DNA from: Candidatus Marinacidobacterales bacterium
GTDB lineage: Bacteria > Acidobacteriota > Vicinamibacteria > Marinacidobacterales > DATDRI01
DNA length: 64,000 nt
NCBI GenBank assembly: GCA_965219415.1
Contig: CBDCNP010000002.1
Coordinates: forward strand, 4,640,001 to 4,704,000
Direction of reading: 5' to 3'
A program made the translations under genes and the position numbers. This document shows, piece after piece, positions 29,543-39,796 of this stretch. Below the pieces are notes generated by a model. The model saw only the letters and a list, made by a program, of their open reading frames with translations, had not been told where the DNA came from and ran no database searches. Every line of letters starts with the position of its first letter. Within the stretch, counting starts at the first letter, position 1.

Positions 29543-30967
29543 TATCTGGACTCCTCTAGTCAAGCCCCTTTCTTAATAAATCTTCCATCGAAGCTGCGCA
29601 TCCATCGCGTCGTGACGGGTGGGTCAGACTGCAAACGTATCTTCGGCCTCAGTGAGGAGCGTCTTGGGTGCTCCGGGCCATGATGGAAAATCCGCGCGCG
29701 AGGAGCCAATCACTTTGAACGGCCTCTTAGGGCCAGTGTTGCTATTGGCTTGACCCCGCGCCGGTCCGACCGGTACGCCATCAGTTGGATGGGTATCGTC
29801 GCAGCCTCTTTTGGAAGGGAAAAAGGAAAACACGAAAGTGGAGCCTCTAAGTCTAAGCGGCCACCGGCGACTGGAATTCACTCTCGCGGGTGGAGACGGC
29901 CCAGACGATCCGGGCGAGTTTGTTGGCGACAGCAATCACGGCCTTGTTGTGTCCCCGCGAGCGGTGGACCTTCCGAGCCCAGGCGCGGAGCTTGTCGGGC
30001 GGGCTCTTGCTGACGTTCGCCGCGCGGAGCACGGCGCGCCCGCCCTGGGTGAGGAGCATACGGAGGTAGGAGTCGCCACGCTTGGTGATGCGTCCGAGGC
30101 GGCGAATGTCGCCACTGGAGTTTTCCTTGGGAACTAGGCCGAGGTAGCTCGAGAAGCGGCGCCCCGATGGGAAGCGGCGAAGATCGCCGACGAAGCCCAC
30201 GATGGCGGTCGCGGTCAGAAGTCCGATGCCGGGAATGGCGAGAAGTCGTTGGACTTCAGGAAGCTGCTTGGTGAGCGCCTTGAGCTCGTGCTCGATGCTA
30301 GCGCACTTGTCCTTGAGTTCTCGAATCTCGGAGCAGGCATCACGGAGATGCGAACGGAGCACGTCGGGCAAATCAGAATCAGCGTCTTCGACGAGTTCGA
30401 AGAGGGCGGGCACGACGAAGTGAGCGCCCTTTGGGATGATGAATCCGAGTTCGCGCAGGAGCCCGCGTACGGCATTGATGCGTGCGGTCCGTGTGGAGAG
30501 CCATCCTGAGCGCAGGCGATGGAGCGCGGCGAGGGTGTGCTGGTGCACGGACTTGATGGGTACGGGAAGAAGCTCCTCGTTCCTGTAGGCCTCGAGCAAC
30601 GCCTTCGTGTCGGCGCGGTCGTTCTTGCTCCCGCGTCGATACGGCCTCACGAGGTGAGGTGGGAGCAGGACGACGTCGTGTCCCAACCTTCGGAACGTCC
30701 TTGCCCAGAAGTGAGCCGAGCCGCAGGCTTCGAGAAGCACGGTGGCAGCGCTCTGTTTGGCAAAGAACGACACCAATTTGGGTCGACTCACACGGAGTCG
30801 CTTGGACACCTTCCCCGCTTCTCCCGAGATGGCAATCTCGAAGACGTTCTTTGCAAGATCCACAGCGATTGTCGTATCTTTCATTTGGACTCCTCCTTTT
30901 CGATGCGTATTCGACTGACTTTGGCACATCGATGCCGTCTATGTCAGCGGAGGAGTCCATTCCATCA
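29543..30967 (-). mobile_element. IS1111-like element, copy 2 (1425 bp), in an IS1 right IR
   Basis: Flanks GCGTAGCAA[CA] and [CA]CTTGATGGCAGAAGCACC; lacks the 20-bp duplication of copies 1 and 3. Confidence 0.95.
29853..30884 (-). CDS. IS110/IS1111 recombinase
   Basis: Two amino-acid differences from copy 1. Confidence 0.95.
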   Translation of the reverse strand: MKDTTIAVDLAKNVFEIAISGEAGKVSKRLRVSRPKLVSFFAKQSAATVLLEACGSAHFWARTFRRLGHDVVLLPPHLVRPYRRGSKNDRADTKALLEAYRNEELLPVPIKSVHQHTLAALHRLRSGWLSTRTARINAVRGLLRELGFIIPKGAHFVVPALFELVEDADSDLPDVLRSHLRDACSEIRELKDKCASIEHELKALTKQLPEVQRLLAIPGIGLLTATAIVGFVGDLRRFPSGRRFSSYLGLVPKENSSGDIRRLGRITKRGDSYLRMLLTQGGRAVLRAANVSKSPPDKLRAWARKVHRSRGHNKAVIAVANKLARIVWAVSTRESEFQSPVAA

Positions 30968-30985
30968 CTTGATGGCAGAAGCACC

Positions 30986-31175
30986 CCATCAGATGATAAG
31001 TTGACCGAACCCCTGCGAGAGGTGGCCAAGTACCTCAAGATCAAAGACCGCACGATTTACCGTTTGGTTGCCAAGAGAGAGGGATTCCAGGTTTCAAGGT
31101 TGGTGGTTCCTGGCGGTTCAGGAAAAGCGAGATCGACCAGTGGACAGCAGGGAACGCGGTCGGGCCGGATGACAT
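30986..31175 (+). pseudogene. Frameshifted excisionase-like HTH gene
   Basis: LREVAKYLKIKDRTIYRL then IPGFKVGGSWRFRKSEIDQW in a shifted frame. Confidence 0.65.
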
Positions 31176-31199
31176 AGGAGAGCCGGTGGAGCGGGAGCA

Positions 31200-32118
31200 A
31201 TGACCATTCCAAAGATATTCGAGACATGCCGGCCACGCGCGGATGTTCTCAAGGGAGCGATTACCGAGGCCGACTTTGCGGCGGACTTGGCTCAAGTCAT
31301 CATCGGGGTGGGCAATGTCGAATATCTTGATTCGGCCCGTTTCTTCGCCAACACCTATCCCACGAGGGGCCTTAAGAACCTGCTTGCCAACGTGTGTCGG
31401 CGGCTGGTGGGTGCGGGTGGTGAAGTCGCGTCGATTTTCCGGCTCGACACCGCCTACGGCGGCGGTAAAACCCACGGGCTGATCGCGTTGTGCCATGCCG
31501 CCCGGGGCATGCAGGGTGTGCCGGGTATCGCGGAGTTTGTCGATCCCTCCCTTCTGCCGCAGAGCCACGTCCGTATCGCCGCCTTCGACGGCGAGAACGC
31601 AGATCCGGCCAATGGGCGGAGGATGGAAGCAGGTCTTCTCGCTTACACCCCTTGGGGTGAGATCGCTTATGCACTTGCTGGCAAGGATGGGTATGCGCGG
31701 GTGCGCAAGAGCGACGAAAGCGGCATCGCTCCGGGTGCCGAGACCCTGCGCGAGCTGTTCGGTGGTGAGCCGACACTGATTCTGCTCGACGAGTTGTCGG
31801 TTTACCTGCGCAAGGTGCGCAAGCTCGAGGACGCTCGCGATCAGCTGACGGCATTCTTGACCTCGTTGTTCAAGGCCGTCGAAAGCGCACCCAACGCCGT
31901 CCTGGTCTACACGCTGGCGATCGGAAAGGATGGCCGTGCGACCGACGCCTACAACGAAGAAAACCAGTTCATCGCCGACCACATGGCGGAAGCGGAGAGC
32001 GTTTCCGCGCGCAAGGCGACGCTGTTGAATCCCACCGAGGAAGACGAGACGGTTCAAGTGCTCCTCCGGCGCCTGTTCGAATCCATCGATACGATGAAGA
32101 GCCCGACGGTGATCGATG
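31200..32118 (+). pseudogene. DUF499 AAA+ ATPase, 3'-truncated by a MITE
   Basis: CRPRADVL...FAADL...FFANTYPT...YGGGKTH...LILLDE. Confidence 0.8.
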
Positions 32119-32284
32119 GGTGCTTGCGCTGTTTACTGTTGGTGATGTGTACGCATCTCTTTGCAAAAGAGGCGCTTACGCTCCATTTAGCGCGCAGCGA
32201 AGGTCACGAGCGATATTGTGGCTGTAACTTAATGCACCGTAATGTCTTAGCGTCACATCACCAACACTTGATGGCGGAAGCACC
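32119..32284 (+). mobile_element. 166-bp IS1-family MITE, copy 2
   Basis: Same length and ends as 8560-8725. Confidence 0.9.
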
Positions 32285-32367
32285 AAACGAGGAGAAACAG
32301 ATAGGCCGCGCCGACGGAGCACCGCGCCAGCCTTCGACCTTACCGGGAGTCTTGACGGGAAAAAATT

Positions 32368-34542
32368 TCACTCAGGCTTTTCGAAGACTCGGATCTCGGA
32401 GATCGACCACGGTAGCTCGAAGCCGTCTGTCTCGGTGATTCGTATCATCAGTTCCCATACTCGCGGCTCCCTGAGCTCGACGTCTACACTGGCCGACAGA
32501 GGATCATACAGAAGTTGGGTGAACAAACGCTCATATACCGCGGCGCGATCAAAGGGTAGCCGAGCCCATGTCCGGTCCTCCAATAGTCCCAGTACCTCGA
32601 AGCGCATGGGAAACTGATGGCGGTCGCCGAGCATCATCGAGATTCGCGCCGGTTTCCTGACCGAGGGGAAGGAAACGGCGATGAAGTAATGCTCGCGCTG
32701 CATGGTCTCGGTACTCCAGAACGTGGTCGGGTCACCGTCGATGGCCCGCGACGCGCCGCGGAGGTTAGTTCGCGCCTTCCATCCCTCCGGGTCGATTTCC
32801 AGCAGTGCCGGCTGCGCATCGGGCAATGGCGTGAACTGCAAACCGGCCGAGCGGTTCAAGCGTAACAGGATGTCACCATCACGAGTGGGGCCACTTCTCG
32901 TCCAGCGCGGGTCTGCCCCGACAGACAGGCCGTCATCGGGATGCACCACGACGGTGTCCACCCCGAGTTTTTCCAGAAAGCTCACCGCCTCTTGGTCGGG
33001 GAAGTGAAACAGGCGCCAGCGTAGAAAGTTGTAAGCTGGCGGGAAGTGCCCGGTAAAGCCCTGCACGGTATGTTTCCAGTGAACCGTTGAGTAGTACATA
33101 GGATCGGCGTCGGCGCGCTCGCTCTTGAAGCGAGTGGTCGGAACCTCTGCCACCACTTTGGCGCTGGGGTCTTTCGCAATCCAGCGGTACACCTCGGGAG
33201 TCTCGTCTCCGGTGGGAAGGTGGGCCAGTTGGAGAGGAATGGATAGGTGCTCGAGGAACAAGATCCCTCCAAGCACGACCACGACCGGCTTACCCAGCCT
33301 GTGGCTCAGACGGTCGAGTCCTATCGCCACCATGGGCGCCAATCCCAGAATCAGCAAGATGGAGAGCCGCTCCGGGTAGCGGACACTCCCGAATCCCGGC
33401 ATCCATCGAAAAAACGCGGCATAAGGACCTGGCCCCAGCTTGTGTTCTCCGAGGCGAATCTCGGTGCCGAGACTCAGGAAGAAACCGGCGACAATGAAGA
33501 AAACGAACAGCGGACGGTACCAATTCGGCTTTTCGTCGGGTTTCGAGCTGCATGCGAACAACCCGATAAGCCCAAGCCCCAAAGCGGTGAAGCCCAAGAA
33601 ATGAGCCGCGTTCTCATTGGCCCTGGCAGTTCCTAGCCATTCGGAGTAGAGCAGGTTGCCGGGTAAGACATCGAAATATCGGTCGACAGGCACCGGGTTG
33701 GGTTCCTCGCGGTGAAAACCATATTCGCTGGAGTTCTTCAAATAAGGCACGAAGAAAATCGCTGTCACTAGGATTGCCCAGCCGAGATTCACCGCCAGCG
33801 GGAGTAGTTTCCGCGAGCGCAGGCGATGCCGGACCTGCAGGAGAAGAATCGTCGGGAGACAAACCAGGGGCAGATAAAGTGCCCAATACATACAGCTCAG
33901 GCTTTGAAGCGCGTAAGTGAGCCCTACCCACACGCCCCGTCGAGGGCTCGGGTGTCGGAAGAACCGCAAGAGAGCGTGCAGCAAGAAAGGGAACCACTGG
34001 TTGGAAAGGATCTGAAGGCGGATGAGCTCGTTGATGTTCCAGGTGTGAAACGCGTACAGCATGCCGGCAACGAAGGCAGCGGCGTTGTTTCCCGTCAGTT
34101 CGCGGCAGAGTAGGAACATACCCACGCCAGCCAGTGCCAGGCTGATGAGACTCACAGCGTTGTGGGCGAGAACAGGATTGTTGCTAACCGCCAGCCAAGG
34201 TGCTGCTAGGAGTGAAGGAACGAAGAGATGCTCGGAGAAGGCGAGGCTCTTGGGGTAAGGAAAAAAAACGTTGCCATCGAAGAGTGACAACGGATCTTGC
34301 ACAAGTTGTCGGTTAACCCATGACAAAGCCCAAATGTTGAGTGGAGGGGTGCCGAGTCCGAAGACATGGTTGGTAGCTTGAAATGTCAACGGGTAGGTGG
34401 CGACTATGGCAAGAGCTAGATAAGCCGCGAACAGAGCGAGCCATGCGGCAGAATATTTGAATTTTGAAGTATGGCGAGCCACCTGAGTATGGACCCATAT
34501 CGAAAAGTTCTTGGTGCTATGGGCGATTCGAGATGGTAGCAC
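32368..34542 (-). CDS. GT-C/YfhO-like membrane protein with discoidin-like C-terminus (paralogue of 25907-28123)
   Basis: FDGNVFFPYPKSLAFSEH, VRYPER, VYRWI...AEVP, AIDGDPTTFWST. Confidence 0.7.
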   Translation of the reverse strand: MLPSRIAHSTKNFSIWVHTQVARHTSKFKYSAAWLALFAAYLALAIVATYPLTFQATNHVFGLGTPPLNIWALSWVNRQLVQDPLSLFDGNVFFPYPKSLAFSEHLFVPSLLAAPWLAVSNNPVLAHNAVSLISLALAGVGMFLLCRELTGNNAAAFVAGMLYAFHTWNINELIRLQILSNQWFPFLLHALLRFFRHPSPRRGVWVGLTYALQSLSCMYWALYLPLVCLPTILLLQVRHRLRSRKLLPLAVNLGWAILVTAIFFVPYLKNSSEYGFHREEPNPVPVDRYFDVLPGNLLYSEWLGTARANENAAHFLGFTALGLGLIGLFACSSKPDEKPNWYRPLFVFFIVAGFFLSLGTEIRLGEHKLGPGPYAAFFRWMPGFGSVRYPERLSILLILGLAPMVAIGLDRLSHRLGKPVVVVLGGILFLEHLSIPLQLAHLPTGDETPEVYRWIAKDPSAKVVAEVPTTRFKSERADADPMYYSTVHWKHTVQGFTGHFPPAYNFLRWRLFHFPDQEAVSFLEKLGVDTVVVHPDDGLSVGADPRWTRSGPTRDGDILLRLNRSAGLQFTPLPDAQPALLEIDPEGWKARTNLRGASRAIDGDPTTFWSTETMQREHYFIAVSFPSVRKPARISMMLGDRHQFPMRFEVLGLLEDRTWARLPFDRAAVYERLFTQLLYDPLSASVDVELREPRVWELMIRITETDGFELPWSISEIRVFEKPE

Positions 34543-34631
34543 AATCGATAGGGTTAGAATTTCCCCATAGACGTTTCCTTCGAGCTACATCGCTTGCTCG
34601 TCCTTGAGCCTTTCAGCTATCATGAGCGCCG

Positions 34632-35651
34632 ATGCAAACGACTGGTGCTCGAAGAAGCCGAAAGCTCCTATTCGCAGCCGTGATGGTGCTGATGTTTCTC
34701 GGCTCTGTCGAGATCTTGCTGCGTTTCGTCGGGGTGGATCGCCCGGCTAGTCCTCGTTTGGTCGTCCGGGCTATTGACATCGACATCAGCTATCCCTTCA
34801 TGCGTCCGGACCGCGAGCTCTTCTGGTCACCGATTCCAGGGTTTCGCGGTGAGTTCCTGGCTGAGACGGTAACGATCAACTCAGTGGGGCTCCGGGGCGC
34901 TGAAGTGACCGTCCCCAAGCCGAAGACCAAGAGGCGAATCCTATGCTTCGGTGACTCAATCACCTTCGGCTACGGCGTAAGTGACGATGAGACGTACGCG
35001 TTTCACCTCGGCCAGGCCTTGAACTCCGCACGTATCGAGGTGGTCAATTCCGGAGTTACCGGCTACAGCAGTTATCAGGTTTTGCATCTTCTGCGCCGAA
35101 TCGGGAGGACGCTTGAGGGTGACGTAGCGTTGTTCTTGATTGGGTGGAACGACGCGAATCAGCGGCCAGTCGATGATATGGCTTACGCTCGTCGGGTACA
35201 GCTAGCGATGGCGGTGGAGCCCCTGTCGGACTACTGGTATCTCTACCGTCTGATCAAATCGTTCCATCTTCGCTCCTTCGAGCACGAATGGGAGGAGGCG
35301 CAGTCTCTTGTACCAAGGGCCACCACGAGCGAGTATCGCAAGAACATGGAAGCGATCGTCACCGCTTGTCGGTCCTGGGGAATCGTTCCTGTTTTCATCG
35401 AGCTGCCCCGGCGCAAGCAAGAGGGCGAGGCTGCCTTTCAGTTCGCCTACGCCGACACCTACGCCGACATACTCAAAGATGTTGCCGTCAGGATGAACGT
35501 TCCGATAATAGACCCCGGCGAGCTCGGCCTCGAAACCGCCTTGCCTTCCAACGACCGCTACTTCATCGACACCCTGCACTTCAGCCCCGAGGGTCACACG
35601 TACCTGGCGGAGCGCCTGGCGCGCCAGCTCGCCGAGTTCGGTGTGCTGTAA
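34632..35651 (+). CDS. Membrane-anchored SGNH/GDSL hydrolase
   Basis: FGDSITFG, NSGVTGY, GWND, DTLH. Confidence 0.9.
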   Translation: MQTTGARRSRKLLFAAVMVLMFLGSVEILLRFVGVDRPASPRLVVRAIDIDISYPFMRPDRELFWSPIPGFRGEFLAETVTINSVGLRGAEVTVPKPKTKRRILCFGDSITFGYGVSDDETYAFHLGQALNSARIEVVNSGVTGYSSYQVLHLLRRIGRTLEGDVALFLIGWNDANQRPVDDMAYARRVQLAMAVEPLSDYWYLYRLIKSFHLRSFEHEWEEAQSLVPRATTSEYRKNMEAIVTACRSWGIVPVFIELPRRKQEGEAAFQFAYADTYADILKDVAVRMNVPIIDPGELGLETALPSNDRYFIDTLHFSPEGHTYLAERLARQLAEFGVL

Positions 35652-35715
35652 TCGGGAAAGCTCATCGCGCATGAATTACTTCACCCGCAAGGTCAAGGCG
35701 ATCAACCCGCCGTGA

Positions 35716-36116
35716 GGTGGTGTTGTTGCACAGCGCGGAGCAAATGGCTGACCTCCCTGTGCCGGTCGCCGAGTCACCCGGCGCAGTACGTATCGGGCAT
35801 GCCGAGCGCGGTCATCTTGTTAAGTATCTCGCACCCAATCCGGTGTTCAACTCGTTGCCTCGCCAACGTTCGAGCCCGCATCTCGGACCCGATGATCGCT
35901 TTGTAACGATAGACCGCGTTCTCCACCATGCTTCGCTCCGTGCAGCCTGAGAGCCTTGTACATTCACGTCGGCCGTGTCTTTTAATGGCACGAATATGGC
36001 GATCGTGCTCCTGCATGGCGGTGTTCGAATTCTGACTGAGCGTGGCGTTTCGTTGCGGCGGAATCACCACGCGTGTCCTTCGCCCAGGGCTGTGCGCTTC
36101 GATGGCTTCGTAGACC
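35716..36116 (-). pseudogene. IS5-family (IS903-like) transposase 3' fragment
   Basis: VVIPPQRNA...RSMVENAVYRYKAIIG...LNKMTALGMPD. Confidence 0.8.
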
Positions 36117-36750
36117 TGTGCTCCGAAAATAGTCGATCCAGCGTTGATTGCGCAGTTTAGACCTGTCATGTTCGGCTGTTTCTTGTCGCCACCCGTCCTG
36201 TCCAAAAACACAAACGAACTCAAGACTGGCGCGCCGGGCCGTTTCGATCGTCATCGCCCCGTGGCGAGCCCCAGATCTGGGGCGTGTCGGAGGCGATGTC
36301 GGCGATTCGGGTTCCCCGTACGCGCAGGGAAAACACCGTCCAGCAACGGGATGTCACGATCCCGGGCGGAGACCTGGATCCAGGCCCGGGCCGCACCTGG
36401 ACCAGAACGTGCTAGCCCGCTACGCCGCGGTAACCCCGGCCTCGATTCTGGAGGCATCGGGTGGCCTCTTTTTTGGCCGCCGTACGGCACCGCCAGAGTC
36501 CGCTCTCCCGTTTAGCCCAAACTTGGCACTCGAAAATCGGGATTAGAGACGAAAACCGAGAATGAGCCCCTTTCCGCCCTTTTAGCGGGTCTCTAGTGCC
36601 CGTGAGGTCAAAATACTCATGCGGCTTCCCGATGGTAGAAACGTAGCAGCCCGCCAAGCCGTTCACGGGAGCGCACCTTGCGCTCGGACTGAGGTAACTG
36701 GTCGCTGGCTGGGAACAGCAGCAGATTCTCCTTGCCTTGATGATTCCTCT

Positions 36751-36916
36751 GGTGCTTGCGCTGTTTGCTGTTGGTGATGTGTACGTATCCCTTTGCAAAA
36801 AAAGCGCTTACGCTCCATTTAGCGCGCGGCGAAGGTCGTGAGCGCTATTTTGGCTGTAATTTAATGCAGCGTAAAGTCTTAGCGTCATCTCACCAACACT
36901 TAATGGCGGAAGCACC
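36751..36916 (+). mobile_element. 166-bp IS1-family MITE, copy 3
   Basis: Repeat of 8560-8725. Confidence 0.9.
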
Positions 36917-37111
36917 ATGAAAAGTCGGTACGTGACACAGCCATCCAAACGGCATTTGCCGCGACGCCCCGCCTGAAGTCCAGCGATCGCCGCGCCCACC
37001 ACCGAGAATGACGGATTGAGCGCTTTCGGGCGCATGTCGATGGTACCTACCACGAAGAAACGTAGCAATCGGGCCGTGATAGGATAGGCGTCGTAAAGGA
37101 ACTGGTCGGTC

Positions 37112-37619
37112 GTGCTTTCGTTTGGGCCAAAGGTCTGGGTAGTGACACTGATGACGGTTGCTGCCGCCTACATTGGAGTCGTTGGGTGGAGCGTCCGCCC
37201 GCTCCCTCTTCCGCTTGAGCTTCGCTTCTCCGAAGCCATGCCCCGCCCGGTTAGCTTGAGCGGTTTTTCCAGTGCTGAGCCTTGGGGTCGCTGGTCGACG
37301 AGCAAAGAGGCCTCGGTCAGCTTCATGGGGAGGCTTCCAGGCAGCTTTTCGCTGATTCTCACCGCGAAAGCCTTTGGACCCAACGCCAGCGAACCGATTG
37401 GAGTCACGGTTGGGGACGCGTACCAGGTGTTACCTCTATCGGCAGAGCTGGAACGGCACGAGATCTTCTTCGAAGAGATCGGCGCCTCTCGAAGTGTTCA
37501 CTTCACTGTTCCTCACCCGATAAGCCCACGAGAGCTCCAGGGAGGCGACGATTCGCGTTTACTGGGCCTGGGCATGGCCTCGATGGAGATCGTCCCGCTC
37601 TCCCCGGCCGATAGAGATC
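37112..37619 (+). CDS. Exported beta-sandwich domain (DUF7024-like); the ORF tail runs out of frame over the next gene
   Basis: GFSSAEPWGRWS...LTAKAFGPN...PISPREL..DDSRLLGLG. Confidence 0.5.
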
Positions 37620-38660
37620 ATGGTTGCCGTCACGGCGCAGCCTGCCGCTCCTACAGAAAAGGCTTCCGATTACGAGAAAAACCGTACGCTCTTTCTTTCC
37701 CTGCTGTTGCTGGCTACCGTGGCTCCTCTGGTTCTCATGCCGCTCTTGGCAAGGGTCACGCCTGCCTCTACCAGTATCGAGTCGGTTACCAACCTGTTGA
37801 TCTTCCTGGGCGCCAACGGTCACGTCGCGACGACTTTATTCTTCTATACCGACAGACCGCTGAAGAGCTACATGCGTGAACATCGCGGTCGCTATTTGGT
37901 GGCGCCTCTGACTCTGGTTCTGGTCACCGGTCTCCTCTATCACTCGCTGGGTGTCGCCTATACCTCTTACATTCTGCTCTATTATTTCTCCTGGCAGACC
38001 TACCACTACATGCGGCAGAACTACGGGATCCTTGCCTTTGTTTCGGCCGCGACCGACACGGTGCGACTGCACTGGCTGGAGAAAGTGATACTGAATCTGG
38101 GAGTGATTGCAGGGATTCTGGGGATGGTGCGATTGATGGGGCTTCAGGAAGGAACCGTTCTGGAAGGTTCAGAGGTCCTTCTCTACTACACCGGGCTCGC
38201 CGTCTATCTCGTCCTGCCTTTGTTCGTGATAGGCGTGCTCGTTTCCAATCCAGCCATTATCAGGTCACCGGCTCGACTCGGGGGTCTGCTTCTCTGTGCT
38301 CTCTTCTATCTACCCACGTTCTTGTTCCGCGACATGCCCTCTGCCATATTGAGCTACGCGCTGGCGCATGGATTCCAGTATTTCGTGTTCATGTATTTCG
38401 TGAGCGGCAACCGTCGGCAGGGAAGGGCTCTCGGGCGGGTAGCCACCGTTGCGCTTCTGGCGTTGATTGGCGGCGGAGTGCTGATGTTGATGAGTGACGA
38501 GCTCATCTGGGGTGGCGGCGGTCGTTTCGTTTTTGGCTGCTACCTGGGCCTAGTGATGTCTCACTTCGTGGTCGATGCCGGCGTATGGCGGTTGAGCGGC
38601 TCGTTTCAAAGGCAGTATCTATCCGAGCCTTTCGATTTCATTCTTGCCCGGCCGCGGTAA
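37620..38660 (+). CDS. Histidine-motif polytopic membrane protein, function unknown
   Basis: About 9 TM segments; GHVATT, WQTYHYMRQNYG, AHGFQY, SHFVVDA. Confidence 0.75.
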   Translation: MVAVTAQPAAPTEKASDYEKNRTLFLSLLLLATVAPLVLMPLLARVTPASTSIESVTNLLIFLGANGHVATTLFFYTDRPLKSYMREHRGRYLVAPLTLVLVTGLLYHSLGVAYTSYILLYYFSWQTYHYMRQNYGILAFVSAATDTVRLHWLEKVILNLGVIAGILGMVRLMGLQEGTVLEGSEVLLYYTGLAVYLVLPLFVIGVLVSNPAIIRSPARLGGLLLCALFYLPTFLFRDMPSAILSYALAHGFQYFVFMYFVSGNRRQGRALGRVATVALLALIGGGVLMLMSDELIWGGGGRFVFGCYLGLVMSHFVVDAGVWRLSGSFQRQYLSEPFDFILARPR

Positions 38661-39175
38661 ATCAAGTCACGTAATCGCGTTGCCGGCGGGCTTCGGCGAC
38701 ATGCGCTCGGTTGCGCCACAACCACCACCTCACGCAAAAAACACTCGACCGTCCTCGCAGACAGAGGAGATGATCCGGACGCCTCGCCACCGGCGCGACG
38801 CGGTAATGAGCGTGGCGTACATAAGGTCAGGGACGACGTCTCAGAAGGAGACCGCGGGATCACCTTGGAGCGACGCTGGCCCTCGCCGTAAAGTCGTTCG
38901 AGTCGATTGGTGGTTCGGATGTGCTTGTGATGTCCCGTGGGAAAGCGAAGATAGATGACGGTCTCCTTGAGGTCCTTCTCCAGACACTGGATGGCGGAGG
39001 GGTAACGATCTCGGAAACGCGCGACCAGAGAGCGGCCGAGTTTCAGTGAATTTGCTCTGGAAGAACAGGAGAATAGAGATAAGCGAACAGGGGAAATATT
39101 ACGTACAGCACATAACGGGTTCCATTGGAACCATCGCGGGCACAGCTAGCTTTTCGTCAAACTTGGCAGTACCCG

Positions 39176-39796
39176 TCAGGGAGTTGGAACAGGATCGCGT
39201 TCAACGGCAGCATGATAGACCTTAATGCCGAGTTCACGGGCGTCGCGCGAGCCCACGATCAGATTCGCTGGCACGAACGTCCGGTCCACAGTGATCTGAA
39301 TCTCGGCCCTATCCCCATTTCCCAGCACTGCGGCGGGGAGGAGAATACGGCGGCAGCGGCGGCGGCCAGAAGCATCGGTGACGAATGACTGCAGCAGTTG
39401 GCCGCCGACGCTGACCGTGACCGTCTGCTTCGCGCGTGCGGCGTAGTCGAGGGAGAACGTCGCGTCCGCTTTCGGGTTCAAAAACGACAGTGTGGCGGCC
39501 TGATGGGTCCATCGCCCCGGCGTTTCGCCTCCTGTTTCCTTCGGGTACCAGCCGCTGGTGTAGGTCAGTACAATAATTAAGGGGAGGCGTCTTTTGTCCT
39601 CGGTCGTGACCAGCCAACCATCGTACTCGGCGTAGGCACAACACCTCGCGATGACCGGATGTTCTTCGCCGGGCGTTTGCGGCCAACGCCTAAACCCCCA
39701 GAGTCCCCAGACGAGCGAAGCGGAAGCGGCACCACCGCCGAACCCCATCACGAATGTCCGTCGTGAGATGCGGCGTGTCATGTCAGGCATCTTCAC
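39176..39796 (-). CDS. Exported protein with a twin-arginine-like signal, coupled to the GMC gene
   Basis: ISRRTFVMG; 4-bp overlap with the upstream gene. Confidence 0.6.
   Translation of the reverse strand: MKMPDMTRRISRRTFVMGFGGGAASASLVWGLWGFRRWPQTPGEEHPVIARCCAYAEYDGWLVTTEDKRRLPLIIVLTYTSGWYPKETGGETPGRWTHQAATLSFLNPKADATFSLDYAARAKQTVTVSVGGQLLQSFVTDASGRRRCRRILLPAAVLGNGDRAEIQITVDRTFVPANLIVGSRDARELGIKVYHAAVERDPVPTP

Noticed and set aside
38980-39010. tRNA gene suggested by TGGCGGAGGGG
   Set aside because: No T-arm complement or cloverleaf follows; no tRNA or rRNA supportable in the window
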